Below are positions 20,042 to 28,959 of a stretch of 64,000 bases of DNA, one piece after another. A program made the translations under genes and the position numbers. The stretch is from Betaproteobacteria bacterium (GTDB taxonomy: Bacteria; Pseudomonadota; Gammaproteobacteria; Burkholderiales; SG8-41). Position 1 is the stretch's first letter; every line of letters begins with the position of its first letter. The notes under the pieces were generated by a model. That model saw only the letters and a list, made by a program, of their open reading frames with translations, was not told the DNA's origin and made no database searches. The stretch covers positions 6,884 through 70,883 of the forward strand of contig JAKFYK010000085.1 in NCBI GenBank assembly GCA_021730905.1, read 5' to 3'.

Positions 20042-20076
20042 AACTATATAATTAATTATATTGTTATATTTGTCAA
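20042..20076 (-). promoter_or_regulatory. Promoter/operator copy 1 directly abutting the arsR start (possibly leaderless)
   Basis: aactatataattaattatattgttatatttgtcaa. Perfect TTGACA on the minus strand, ATATAAT-N10-GTTATAT palindrome, no SD before the ATG. Confidence 0.75.
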
Positions 20077-20132
20077 GCAGCTATCCAAACAAAAGCGGTA
20101 TTTCGTTCTGAAATATTATTAACTATTTGTTT

Positions 20133-21593
20133 TTATTGATTATTTATTTTATGTAGCAACGCGACACCCCAGCCCACACCAAAGCCTGTGACATCGGTTC
20201 CCACGGCGCCCAAACCGCCCTTGCAACTGTGCGCAGACAAATCGACATGTATCCACGGACGCTTGTCGGTGAAGCGCTGCAACAACCGCGCGGCGAGGAT
20301 GTGATCGGCCTCGCCGTCCAATGTGCATTGCTTTACGTCAGCGATGGAGCTATCGAGCGCGGCATCGTAATCGTCATCCATCGGAAACACGCATACGCGT
20401 TCGCCCGACGTTACGCCTGCGGCGAGCGCGTCACGCGCGAGCGTTTCGTTGGCGGCGAAGATGCCGCTATAGCGCGAACCCAGCGCCACATGCATGCTGC
20501 CGGTGAGCGTGGCGAAATCCACCATCACATCGGGCTTGGTTCGTGCCGCCAGCGTCAAGGTGTCGGCAAGCACCATACGCCCTTCGGCATCGGTATGCAC
20601 GATTTCAATCGTCGTGCCGTTCAACGCGGTAATGACTTCGTTTTGTTTGTAGGCGCGCGGCGACAGATGATTTTGCGCGAGCGCCATCCAGCAATCGATA
20701 TTCACGGCGAGTTGCGCCCGCGTCGCCGCCAGCAGTATGCCCAGCGCCACCGCGGAACCGTTCATGTCTTCGTGCATACCCTGCATGTAGCGCGCGGGCT
20801 TAAGATTATGGCCGCCGGTGTCGAAGCAAATGCCCTTGCCCACCAGCGCCACATTCTTTTTAGCCGCGGGATGGCGGTACTGCAAATGCACGATGGCGGC
20901 GTCGCGCTCGTTGCTGCCCTGCGCCACCGCGCAAAATGCGCCGGCGCCCATTTTGCGCAGACGCTTGAAATCGTATTCTTCGCGCATCCAGCCGTATTGT
21001 TTGGCGAGCGCTTTCACGCGTTCCCGATACGCGCCCGGCGTCAGTTCGTTCGGCGGCAGCACTGTGAGTTCGCGGCACAGCACATTGCCTTCGGCCTGCG
21101 CGCGGATCGCGGCAAAACCATCCTGCGCGCGGCAGCCGTGGAGCGCGATACTGCGCAAATCATTATTTTGCTTTTTCTTTTTGCGCTCCGGCAATTTCGC
21201 GCCATTGACCCACGCGGTATATAGCGCGAGCTCTGCCGCCGCATGGCACTGCGCCGCATCGCCGAGAACAGCGATGGTGATCTCTGCTGGACTCTCGCCC
21301 AGCAACGACGACACCGCTTTGCGCATCGCCGTCTGCCGCTCGAACACCGATTGCGCGGCGTCGATCATCACCCATGCCACCAGCGCGCCGTTCGGAGCAT
21401 CCACGGTGACCGGCGACGTGGCGAGATCAGTCATTTTTTTCTTGCGGCGGCCAAGCGTGGCTTCCAGCGTTGCAAGATAAGGTGTGTGCACATCGGCTTT
21501 TGCGGACTTAGGCAATACCACCAGCAGATGCCTCGCGCGCCTGGCGGCAGATGCAGATAATAGGGCGGGGTGCTGTTCCAGTTTGGCTAACAT
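20133..21593 (-). CDS. M17 family leucyl aminopeptidase
   Basis: VGKGICFDTGG, K...EDMNGSA, HTDAEGR metal-binding and catalytic motifs. Confidence 0.93.
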   Translation of the reverse strand: MLAKLEQHPALLSASAARRARHLLVVLPKSAKADVHTPYLATLEATLGRRKKKMTDLATSPVTVDAPNGALVAWVMIDAAQSVFERQTAMRKAVSSLLGESPAEITIAVLGDAAQCHAAAELALYTAWVNGAKLPERKKKKQNNDLRSIALHGCRAQDGFAAIRAQAEGNVLCRELTVLPPNELTPGAYRERVKALAKQYGWMREEYDFKRLRKMGAGAFCAVAQGSNERDAAIVHLQYRHPAAKKNVALVGKGICFDTGGHNLKPARYMQGMHEDMNGSAVALGILLAATRAQLAVNIDCWMALAQNHLSPRAYKQNEVITALNGTTIEIVHTDAEGRMVLADTLTLAARTKPDVMVDFATLTGSMHVALGSRYSGIFAANETLARDALAAGVTSGERVCVFPMDDDYDAALDSSIADVKQCTLDGEADHILAARLLQRFTDKRPWIHVDLSAHSCKGGLGAVGTDVTGFGVGWGVALLHKINNQ

Positions 21594-21685
21594 GTTGAAT
21601 TTCCTTGCGAGATAGCCGGATTATAACGTCGCGGGTAGCACTTAATTTCGATTAAAATCGCTACTTCGATTTTCGACTGTGGACC

Positions 21686-22480
21686 ATGCGCCCTTACCTC
21701 GACCTGTTACGCCACGTGCTTGACCGCGGCACGCCCAAAAGTGACCGCACCGGCACCGGTACGGTGAGCGTGTTCGGCGCACAACTGCGCTTCGATCTCA
21801 ACGCCGGCTTTCCGCTGCTCACCACGAAAAAGGTGCATCTCAAGTCGATCATTCACGAACTGCTATGGTTCCTTAAAGGCGACACCAACGTCAAATATCT
21901 GAAAGACAACGGCGTTTCCATCTGGGATGAATGGGCAAAACCCGACGGCGAACTCGGTCCGGTGTACGGCTATCAGTGGCGCTCGTGGCCCGCGCCCGAC
22001 GGACGCCACATCGATCAAATTACCCAGGTGATCGACATGCTGAAGAAAAACCCGGACTCGCGGCGCATGATCGTGTCGGCGTGGAACGTCGCCGATCTCG
22101 ACAAGATGACACTGATGCCGTGCCACGCGTTTTTCCAGTTCTATGTCGCCGACGGCAGATTGTCGTGCCAGTTGTATCAGCGCAGCGCCGACATGTTTCT
22201 CGGCGTGCCGTTCAATATCGCGTCGTACGCGCTGCTCACGCTGATGGTGGCACAGGTGTGCGGTTTCAAGCCCGGCGATTTCGTGCATACCTTCGGCGAC
22301 ACGCACGTCTATCGCAACCATTTTGATCAAACACGCGAACAACTCTCGCGCACGCCGCGTGCGCTGCCGGTGATGAAGCTCAATCCGGCGGTGAAGAGCA
22401 TTTTCGATTTCAAATATGACGACTTCACGCTCGAAGGCTACGATCCGCATCCGGCGATCAAAGCGCCCGTGGCGGTGTGA
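21686..22480 (+). CDS. thyA: Thymidylate synthase
   Basis: [38 protein letters not shown]. Confidence 0.98.
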   Translation: MRPYLDLLRHVLDRGTPKSDRTGTGTVSVFGAQLRFDLNAGFPLLTTKKVHLKSIIHELLWFLKGDTNVKYLKDNGVSIWDEWAKPDGELGPVYGYQWRSWPAPDGRHIDQITQVIDMLKKNPDSRRMIVSAWNVADLDKMTLMPCHAFFQFYVADGRLSCQLYQRSADMFLGVPFNIASYALLTLMVAQVCGFKPGDFVHTFGDTHVYRNHFDQTREQLSRTPRALPVMKLNPAVKSIFDFKYDDFTLEGYDPHPAIKAPVAV

Positions 22481-22557
22481 GGCGTGAATCGTGGGGCGTG
22501 AGGCGAAAAATCCAGCGGGCAGCGACGCGTCGCACCTCACGCCTCACGCCTCACGCG
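22477..22557. repeat. Inverted repeat built from four tandem 7-mers per arm spanning the thyA stop and folA start
   Basis: GTGAGGC GTGAATC GTGGGGC GTGAGGC ... TCGCACC TCACGCC TCACGCC TCACGCG. Confidence 0.85.
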
Positions 22558-23042
22558 TCTCATTGATCGTCGCGATGGGAAAGAACCGCGTAATCGGCGC
22601 CAACGGTACGATTCCGTGGCGGCTGCCCAACGAACTTCAACTCTTCAAGCGCGTCACCATGGGGCATCACATCATCATGGGACGCAAGACCTGGGAATCC
22701 ATCGGCCGCCTGCTGCCGGGACGCACCACGGTGATTGTCACGCGACAGAAAAACTATGCGGTTTCCGGTGCCACGATCGCAAATTCACTGGAATCCGCGC
22801 TGACCGCGTGCGGCAACGATAGCGAAGTGTTCGTGATCGGCGGCGGCGAACTGTATCGCGAGGCACTGCCCAGGGCGGACCGGCTTTATCTCACGATAGT
22901 CGATGCCACACCCGCGGGCGATATCTTAATGCCGGAATTCAATATGGCCGAGTGGCGGGAAGTGTCTTCGGAGAACCACGAGGCCGACGAAAAACACGCG
23001 CACGCTTACCGCTTCAACATCTACGACCGTGTGCGCGCGTAA
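22491..23042 (+). CDS. folA: Dihydrofolate reductase
   Basis: SLIVAMGKNRVIG..IPWRLP, IMGRKTWESIGRLLPGR, VIGGGELY. Start uncertain (GTG 22491 or TTG 22563). Confidence 0.95.
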   Translation: MGREAKNPAGSDASHLTPHASRVSLIVAMGKNRVIGANGTIPWRLPNELQLFKRVTMGHHIIMGRKTWESIGRLLPGRTTVIVTRQKNYAVSGATIANSLESALTACGNDSEVFVIGGGELYREALPRADRLYLTIVDATPAGDILMPEFNMAEWREVSSENHEADEKHAHAYRFNIYDRVRA

Positions 23043-23062
23043 TACCTGAATGCCTGTCGCGC

Positions 23063-24625
23063 TCACTTGACAGCAACGGAACCGCTTACCGTGGCGTTGC
23101 TGAACGTCTTCAGGTCATAGGACGATATAAGTCCATTGCGCGCCGCGCCGCCGATCACGAACCCGGTCGCGGAGCCGACGCCGACGCCGCAAGGCGTGCA
23201 GCTCACCACCAGATTGGGCGTGCCCGGCGCGCTGGCGAAACTCAGCAACGTTTGCGTGCCCGGCATATTGGCCACCCAACTGCGGCCGCTGCCATCCAGC
23301 ACGTTGAGCGTGTAGGCGGTAACGGTTGGAATGGCGCCGAAAGTCAGGCTGACCGACAACGATGCGGTTCCGCCAATGGCGCCCAGATTATTAATGGACT
23401 TGGTAAATCCCACGGTCGTCGAAAACGACGCTGAACCCGGCACTTGCAAGTCAGCAATCGAGGTGACGTTCGGCGTGCTCATGAAATGAAACGCCTGCAC
23501 CGGAAACGCGCCCGTTTCCGGCTTGAATCCGGTACCGCCCCCATAGATGCCCCAGTTGACCGGCGTGGCGCCAATCAGCGCCGAGCCCGAGTCAATCAGC
23601 GGGGCCACGCCGCGCGCGTAACGAAACCCGCTCGCATCGGCGATGAATAAAGGATTGTTCTGACCGCCCAGCAACACCAGCGTGTTCGAATTCGGGCCTA
23701 TCGCCGTTCCACCAGAGTTGGGTACGCCAAACGCGTAGAGGCCGCCTACGGCGGCGTAGCCCCGTTGCGCAACGCTGAGGTTTGACGCCGGATTGTTCAG
23801 ATCAAACTCACCGCCGGAAACGATGACTGCGTAGCGCAGCAGCATGCGCACCAGGCGCGCGCGCTGCTCATCGCCGTCGATCCAGTCGCCAACGCGGTCC
23901 ATGAATATCTCACGGCGCGTCGGTCCGCCATCGTCATCGCGTAATCCGCGAAGATCGGGCGGACCTATCGGCGTCGGCGCATTGCGCATGAAGCCCGGCA
24001 CCGAACTCAGGCGCAGCGGCGGCTTGCCCGGTATCGCGGACGCAAAGCCGGTTTCGTTCGGCCCCAGTTCAACCGTGCCCAGCGCATTCGCAATGAACGT
24101 GGAGCCAACATTAACCTTGTTGTACGCGCCCGGCTCGCCAATCACCGGCTCGCCCGGCGCGGGCGGCGCAATGTAATGCGGCTCGTGATCGGTGCCGCGT
24201 ATGCCGATGGTCGCCACCGGCGTGCGCACCAGATAATTTTCCTTGTTGCGCTTGCCGATGACGCCGGTGATGGTGCGGAATCCGCCGCGCACCAGCGACA
24301 TCACGCTGCGCTCGGACCCGTCTTCCTTGCCGTTCCAGTTGAAGTTTTGCACGGTCATGCGCGTATCGGGCCGTACCGCGATAAAGCCGTCGTCGGCCAT
24401 GCGTAACTGCATCGCGCCCGCTTGGCCCGTTACCAGCGTATCGCCTTCATTGACGATATCGCCTCGGGCGGCGTTGCGCGCCTTGCCGTCGGCGCCGATA
24501 ATTTGCGCTTCGCCGTTGGCGAAAATCACGGTCCCTGCCTGCGCCGCATGCGCTTGTTGCATCACAGCCACCATGCATACGGCCAGCACCAAAAGGATAT
24601 ATCGTAAGTATATGTTATTAAACAT
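23063..24625 (-). CDS. Secreted FecR-domain protein with a beta-rich C-terminal domain
   Basis: Signal peptide ...AHA|A, GDTLVTG, LVRGGFRTITGVIGK, VRTPVATIGIRGTD (FecR), C-terminal alternating beta-strand pattern. Confidence 0.85.
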   Translation of the reverse strand: MFNNIYLRYILLVLAVCMVAVMQQAHAAQAGTVIFANGEAQIIGADGKARNAARGDIVNEGDTLVTGQAGAMQLRMADDGFIAVRPDTRMTVQNFNWNGKEDGSERSVMSLVRGGFRTITGVIGKRNKENYLVRTPVATIGIRGTDHEPHYIAPPAPGEPVIGEPGAYNKVNVGSTFIANALGTVELGPNETGFASAIPGKPPLRLSSVPGFMRNAPTPIGPPDLRGLRDDDGGPTRREIFMDRVGDWIDGDEQRARLVRMLLRYAVIVSGGEFDLNNPASNLSVAQRGYAAVGGLYAFGVPNSGGTAIGPNSNTLVLLGGQNNPLFIADASGFRYARGVAPLIDSGSALIGATPVNWGIYGGGTGFKPETGAFPVQAFHFMSTPNVTSIADLQVPGSASFSTTVGFTKSINNLGAIGGTASLSVSLTFGAIPTVTAYTLNVLDGSGRSWVANMPGTQTLLSFASAPGTPNLVVSCTPCGVGVGSATGFVIGGAARNGLISSYDLKTFSNATVSGSVAVK

Positions 24626-24627
24626 AA

Positions 24628-25953
24628 TTATTTAAAGTCCCGTCGCAAGGTTAGCGACGCCTCGTAGCGGCTATAACCGTTGATATCGATGTTCGATGCG
24701 TTGCGTGTGTACGTCAATTGCGGCTTGAGCAACCACGCGCGATCGATGCGCCACACCAGCCCTGCGGCTACGTCCGCCTGTTTGTCGGTGCGCTGCTGAT
24801 CAAAAATAACGTTGCGCGACTGGAAGCGGCTAGTCTGATAGCCAAGGGAAGCAAACACATCGACATCAGTGCCCCAGCCTGTCTGCCCGCCGAGCCGCGC
24901 GCCCACCAGCTTGCGGTCGCCATCAATACGCTGACCGACATCGCGCTCGTAACCGGCGAACCCGCTCAACGAGACCGTGGCGCGCCGCGCCTGATCCACC
25001 ACATGCGTCAGGCCGGCGCCGGCCAGCGAGAGGTGGGTATCGTTTGCCACCTGCGTGTCGTCTTTGTAGCGCACATGGTTGGCAATGCCGAACACGCTGA
25101 GCTGCGTAGTGTTACTCAGCAACCGCCGCCATTCCGCATTGAGGCCCGTGGTCTCGCGATAGTACGCCCCGTCGAGGTAGTACTGCTGATAGGCCGCGCC
25201 AGCGCGTATCAGATTTTGCGCGTCGAACGCATGTTGTATGCCGCCGCGCACATCGAACTGGTTGTAGTTAAAGGTATCCGCATGCTGATTGATACGAAAT
25301 CGCGCATCCGCGCCGGCATATAGCGATGTATGGTTGTTAAGGTCATGCACGACTTCGCCGCCGCCGCCCATCGACATGAAGTTATCGGGCGTACGCTGGC
25401 TGGTCGGCGCGAGCTGCAGGCTGAATCCGAACACCGGCACGAAGATCTGCCCCTGGCTGGTGGCATTGTTGACGTTGGTGTCGCGTCCGCCGGTCAACTC
25501 CAGGTACCCCGTGGCGCGCGTCTTGCCTGCTGGTCCACCCTGGTCGATACGGGCAAGATAAGCTTCGACGGTTGCACGCGCGTTTGCAGGCGGATTCTGC
25601 GCGAGCACGAGATTGAATTCGTTGCGCGCACGCGCCGTATCCCCCAATGCGAAGTACGCGCGGCCCAGATCGAGACGCGCGCCGGCGTGATTGGGATTGA
25701 CGATGAGTGCGCGTTCCAGCGCGATGGTGGCTTTGTCGGCGCGGCCCGCTTCGAGCGCGGCCACGCCCAGCAGATAATCGAAATCCAGATTGCCCGCACG
25801 CGCGTCTTCGTGCGGCTCGAGTAGCCTTAGCGCTTCAGCGGCTTTGCCTGCCCGTATCAGCGCATCGGCCTGGCCGAGATCCGGAGACAACTGTGCGTGC
25901 GCCCATGAACAGGACAATACCGCCGCCAGCACCAGAATGACTCGCCGCAACAT
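24628..25953 (-). CDS. TPR plus outer-membrane beta-barrel protein, SLAM/DUF560-like
   Basis: Signal peptide, TPR region (FDYLLGVAALEAG...LERALIVNPNHAGARLDLGRAYF), GRDTNVN, barrel strands ending YSRYEASLTLRRDFK. Confidence 0.8.
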   Translation of the reverse strand: MLRRVILVLAAVLSCSWAHAQLSPDLGQADALIRAGKAAEALRLLEPHEDARAGNLDFDYLLGVAALEAGRADKATIALERALIVNPNHAGARLDLGRAYFALGDTARARNEFNLVLAQNPPANARATVEAYLARIDQGGPAGKTRATGYLELTGGRDTNVNNATSQGQIFVPVFGFSLQLAPTSQRTPDNFMSMGGGGEVVHDLNNHTSLYAGADARFRINQHADTFNYNQFDVRGGIQHAFDAQNLIRAGAAYQQYYLDGAYYRETTGLNAEWRRLLSNTTQLSVFGIANHVRYKDDTQVANDTHLSLAGAGLTHVVDQARRATVSLSGFAGYERDVGQRIDGDRKLVGARLGGQTGWGTDVDVFASLGYQTSRFQSRNVIFDQQRTDKQADVAAGLVWRIDRAWLLKPQLTYTRNASNIDINGYSRYEASLTLRRDFK

Positions 25954-25997
25954 CCCCCCCGCAGGTCAGCGCCCGACAATTGCCGAACAAAAGTGTT

Positions 25998-28235
25998 TCA
26001 GTCCCGCACGCAATCGACGTAATAACGCAACACGCCGCCGTTTTCTTTTACCAGCCCGTGAATGTCGGTTTCGAAGCCGGGGAATTTCTGATTGAACTCG
26101 CGCGCGAATTGCAAAAAACGCACGATAGTTGGATTGAAGCGTTCGCCCGGAATCAGTAATGGAATGCCCGGCGGATACGGTGTGAGCAGCACGCTCGTCA
26201 CGCGGCCTTCAAGTTTGTCGATTTCCACGCGCTCGATTTCGCGATGCGCCATGCGTGCCCACGCCTCCGCCGGCGGCATCGCAGGCTGCATGTCCGACAG
26301 ATACATCTCGGTAGTGAGGCGCGCCACGTCGTTGGCCTTATACACCTCGTGTATCTGATCGCATAGTTCGTGCAAACCGGTTTTTTCGTATTGCGTGTGC
26401 TTCGCCACGAATTCCGGCATCACGCGCCACAGCGGCTTGTTGCCCGCGTAATCATCCTTGAATTGCTGCAACTCGGTGACCAGCGTGTTCCAGCGGCCCT
26501 TGGTAATGCCGATGGTGAACATGATGAAGAACGAATACAGCCCGGTCTTCTCCACGATAATGCCGTTCTCGGCCAGGTACTTGGTCAAAACCGCCGCGGG
26601 GATGCCGGTCTTGGCAAATTTTCCGGTGACATCGAGCCCCGGCGTGATCACCGTCGATTTGATCGGGTCGAGCATGTTGAAGCCGGGCGCAAGATTACCG
26701 AATCCGTGCCAGCGCTCATTCGCGCGCAGCATCCAGTCGTCGCGGTTGCCGATGCCTTCTTCAGCGAGCCGCTCCGGCCCCCACACTTTGAACCACCAGT
26801 CCTTGCCAAATTCGGCGTCGATCTTGCGCATGGCGCGGCGGAAGTCGAGCGCTTCGAGTATCGATTCTTCCACCAGCGCGGCGCCGCCCGGCGGCTCCAT
26901 CATCGCCGCCGCCACGTCGCACGAAGCGATGATCGCGTACTGCGGCGAGGTGGACGTGTGCATCAGATAGGATTCGTTGAAAGTCTTTATATCCAGCTTG
27001 CGCTTCTGGCTATCCTGCACCAGGATTTGAGACGCCTGCGACAGACCCGCCAGCAGCTTGTGCGTCGATTGCGTGGAAAACACCATCGATTCCTTGCATA
27101 GCGGACGATCGCGCCCGATCGCATGCATGCCTTTGTAGAATTCGTGAAATGTCGCATGCGGCAACCACGCTTCGTCGAAGTGCAGGGCATCGACATTACC
27201 GTCGAGCATCTCTTTCAGCGTATCGACGTTGTAGACAATGCCGTCGTAAGTGCTTTGCGTCAGCGTCAGCACACGCGGCATGGTCTTGGATTTGCTGGCG
27301 AAAGGGTGCGCCTTGATTTTCTTCTCGATGTTTTCCCACTTGAATTCTTCGAGCGGAATGGGGCCGATGATGCCGAAGTGATTGCGCGTGGGCATCAGGA
27401 ACACCGGAATCGCCCCCGTCATGGTGATGGCGTGCAGGATCGACACATGGCAGTTGCGATCGACGATCACCACATCGCCAGGCGCCACCGTCGAATGCCA
27501 CACGATCTTGTTCGAGGTGGACGTGCCATTGGTGACAAAAAACAAATGGTCGCAATTGAAAATCCGTGCGGCGTTTCGCTCAGACGCCGCCACCGGGCCG
27601 GAGTGATCGAGCAGCTGCCCGAGTTCATCCACCGCATTGCACACGTCGGCGCGCAGCATGTTCTCGCCGAAGAACTGGTGGAACATGTGCCCGACCGGGC
27701 TTTTCAAAAAGGCCACGCCGCCGGAATGTCCCGGACAGTGCCACGAATACGAACCGTCCTGCGCGTAATGCGTAAGCGCTCTGAAGAAAGGCGGCGCGAG
27801 ACCATCGAGATAAGATCGCGTCTCACGCACAATATAGCGCGCAACGAACTCCGGCGTGTCCTCGAACATGTGAATGAAACCGTGTAACTCGCGCAGCACG
27901 TCATTCGGAATGTGGCGAGAAGTTTTGGTTTCACCATAGAGAAAAATCGGAATGTCGGCATTGCGAAAACGGATTTCCTCGACAAATCCACGCAATCCGG
28001 CAATGGTCGCGGAGGCGCCCTCGGCCGAAAACTCCTCGTCGTCCACCGACAGAATAAACGCCGACGCGCGGCTTTGCTGCTGCGCGAACGACGACAGATC
28101 GCCGTAGCTGGTAACGCCCAGCACTTCCAGGCCTTCTTCCTCGATGGCTTTCGCCAGCGCGCGGATACCGAGGCCGCTCACGTTTTCTGAACGGAAGTCC
28201 TCATCGATGATGATGACCGGGAAGCGGAACTTCAT
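25998..28235 (-). CDS. Arginine/lysine/ornithine decarboxylase (wing-domain type)
   Basis: WHCPGHSGG, DRNCH, HFDEAW, TQSTHK (PLP lysine), PYPPGIPLLIPGE. Confidence 0.95.
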   Translation of the reverse strand: MKFRFPVIIIDEDFRSENVSGLGIRALAKAIEEEGLEVLGVTSYGDLSSFAQQQSRASAFILSVDDEEFSAEGASATIAGLRGFVEEIRFRNADIPIFLYGETKTSRHIPNDVLRELHGFIHMFEDTPEFVARYIVRETRSYLDGLAPPFFRALTHYAQDGSYSWHCPGHSGGVAFLKSPVGHMFHQFFGENMLRADVCNAVDELGQLLDHSGPVAASERNAARIFNCDHLFFVTNGTSTSNKIVWHSTVAPGDVVIVDRNCHVSILHAITMTGAIPVFLMPTRNHFGIIGPIPLEEFKWENIEKKIKAHPFASKSKTMPRVLTLTQSTYDGIVYNVDTLKEMLDGNVDALHFDEAWLPHATFHEFYKGMHAIGRDRPLCKESMVFSTQSTHKLLAGLSQASQILVQDSQKRKLDIKTFNESYLMHTSTSPQYAIIASCDVAAAMMEPPGGAALVEESILEALDFRRAMRKIDAEFGKDWWFKVWGPERLAEEGIGNRDDWMLRANERWHGFGNLAPGFNMLDPIKSTVITPGLDVTGKFAKTGIPAAVLTKYLAENGIIVEKTGLYSFFIMFTIGITKGRWNTLVTELQQFKDDYAGNKPLWRVMPEFVAKHTQYEKTGLHELCDQIHEVYKANDVARLTTEMYLSDMQPAMPPAEAWARMAHREIERVEIDKLEGRVTSVLLTPYPPGIPLLIPGERFNPTIVRFLQFAREFNQKFPGFETDIHGLVKENGGVLRYYVDCVRD

Positions 28236-28346
28236 GCGTCTCTCCCTGCCGCTGGATCGCGCGGCCAGTGCGGCGGATTATACGGCGCGACAGCAGGAAA
28301 AAATGCGGTCGGATGGTCTTTTTTTGACCTGTCTTGCCGCCGCATC

Positions 28347-28919
28347 TCACTGCCAGATGATGCCACGCTCCTGATACTGCAGCCGGTCGCGCTCGCGCCG
28401 CAAATTCTGGTCGATGTCGGCTAGTTCATTGCGCAATCTGCGGCGCTCGTCGTCGGCCTGCGCGCCCTGCAGCCCCTGCATTTTCTGCAACCGCTGTTCG
28501 CGGCTACGGCGATTGCTCTCCAGGCTGTCGATGCGGCTGTGCGTCAGGTAAATCTCGCGACCATAGCGGTAAGGTTCAAGAAAGCCCGGCGCGAGATGCG
28601 GTGGGCATACATCGTAATAGGCCTGCCCCGCGCGCCCTGCCCGCAGACCATTGGCCGGCGTGCAGTAAAAGCCAAGACCCCGATCGTATCCAGCGAAGTA
28701 GCGTGCACGATCCACACCGATGCCGGCCTGCGCGCAGGCACGCGCATGCTCCTCGACGCGAGAACGCGGGCGTCCTTCGCCGCCATCCTTGTAGCCCACC
28801 TGCATCCAGTCAGCGCTGGCGCATTCGTCACGCGACATGGTTTCGCAGCCGCTCAGGGTAACGAGAACAGTAGGAATAAATACAAATAAAAACAAATGCT
28901 TATGGAGCATGATGCTCAA
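28347..28919 (-). CDS. DUF2799 family lipoprotein
   Basis: Lipobox LSGC, then MSRDECASADW..VGYKDG..G, GYDRGLGFYCTPANG...G..Y..VCP, C-terminal coiled coil. Confidence 0.85.
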   Translation of the reverse strand: MSIMLHKHLFLFVFIPTVLVTLSGCETMSRDECASADWMQVGYKDGGEGRPRSRVEEHARACAQAGIGVDRARYFAGYDRGLGFYCTPANGLRAGRAGQAYYDVCPPHLAPGFLEPYRYGREIYLTHSRIDSLESNRRSREQRLQKMQGLQGAQADDERRRLRNELADIDQNLRRERDRLQYQERGIIWQ

Positions 28920-28959
28920 GCTTACTGATAGCGCTGCGAGCTCAGAATATTCTCGCCGA

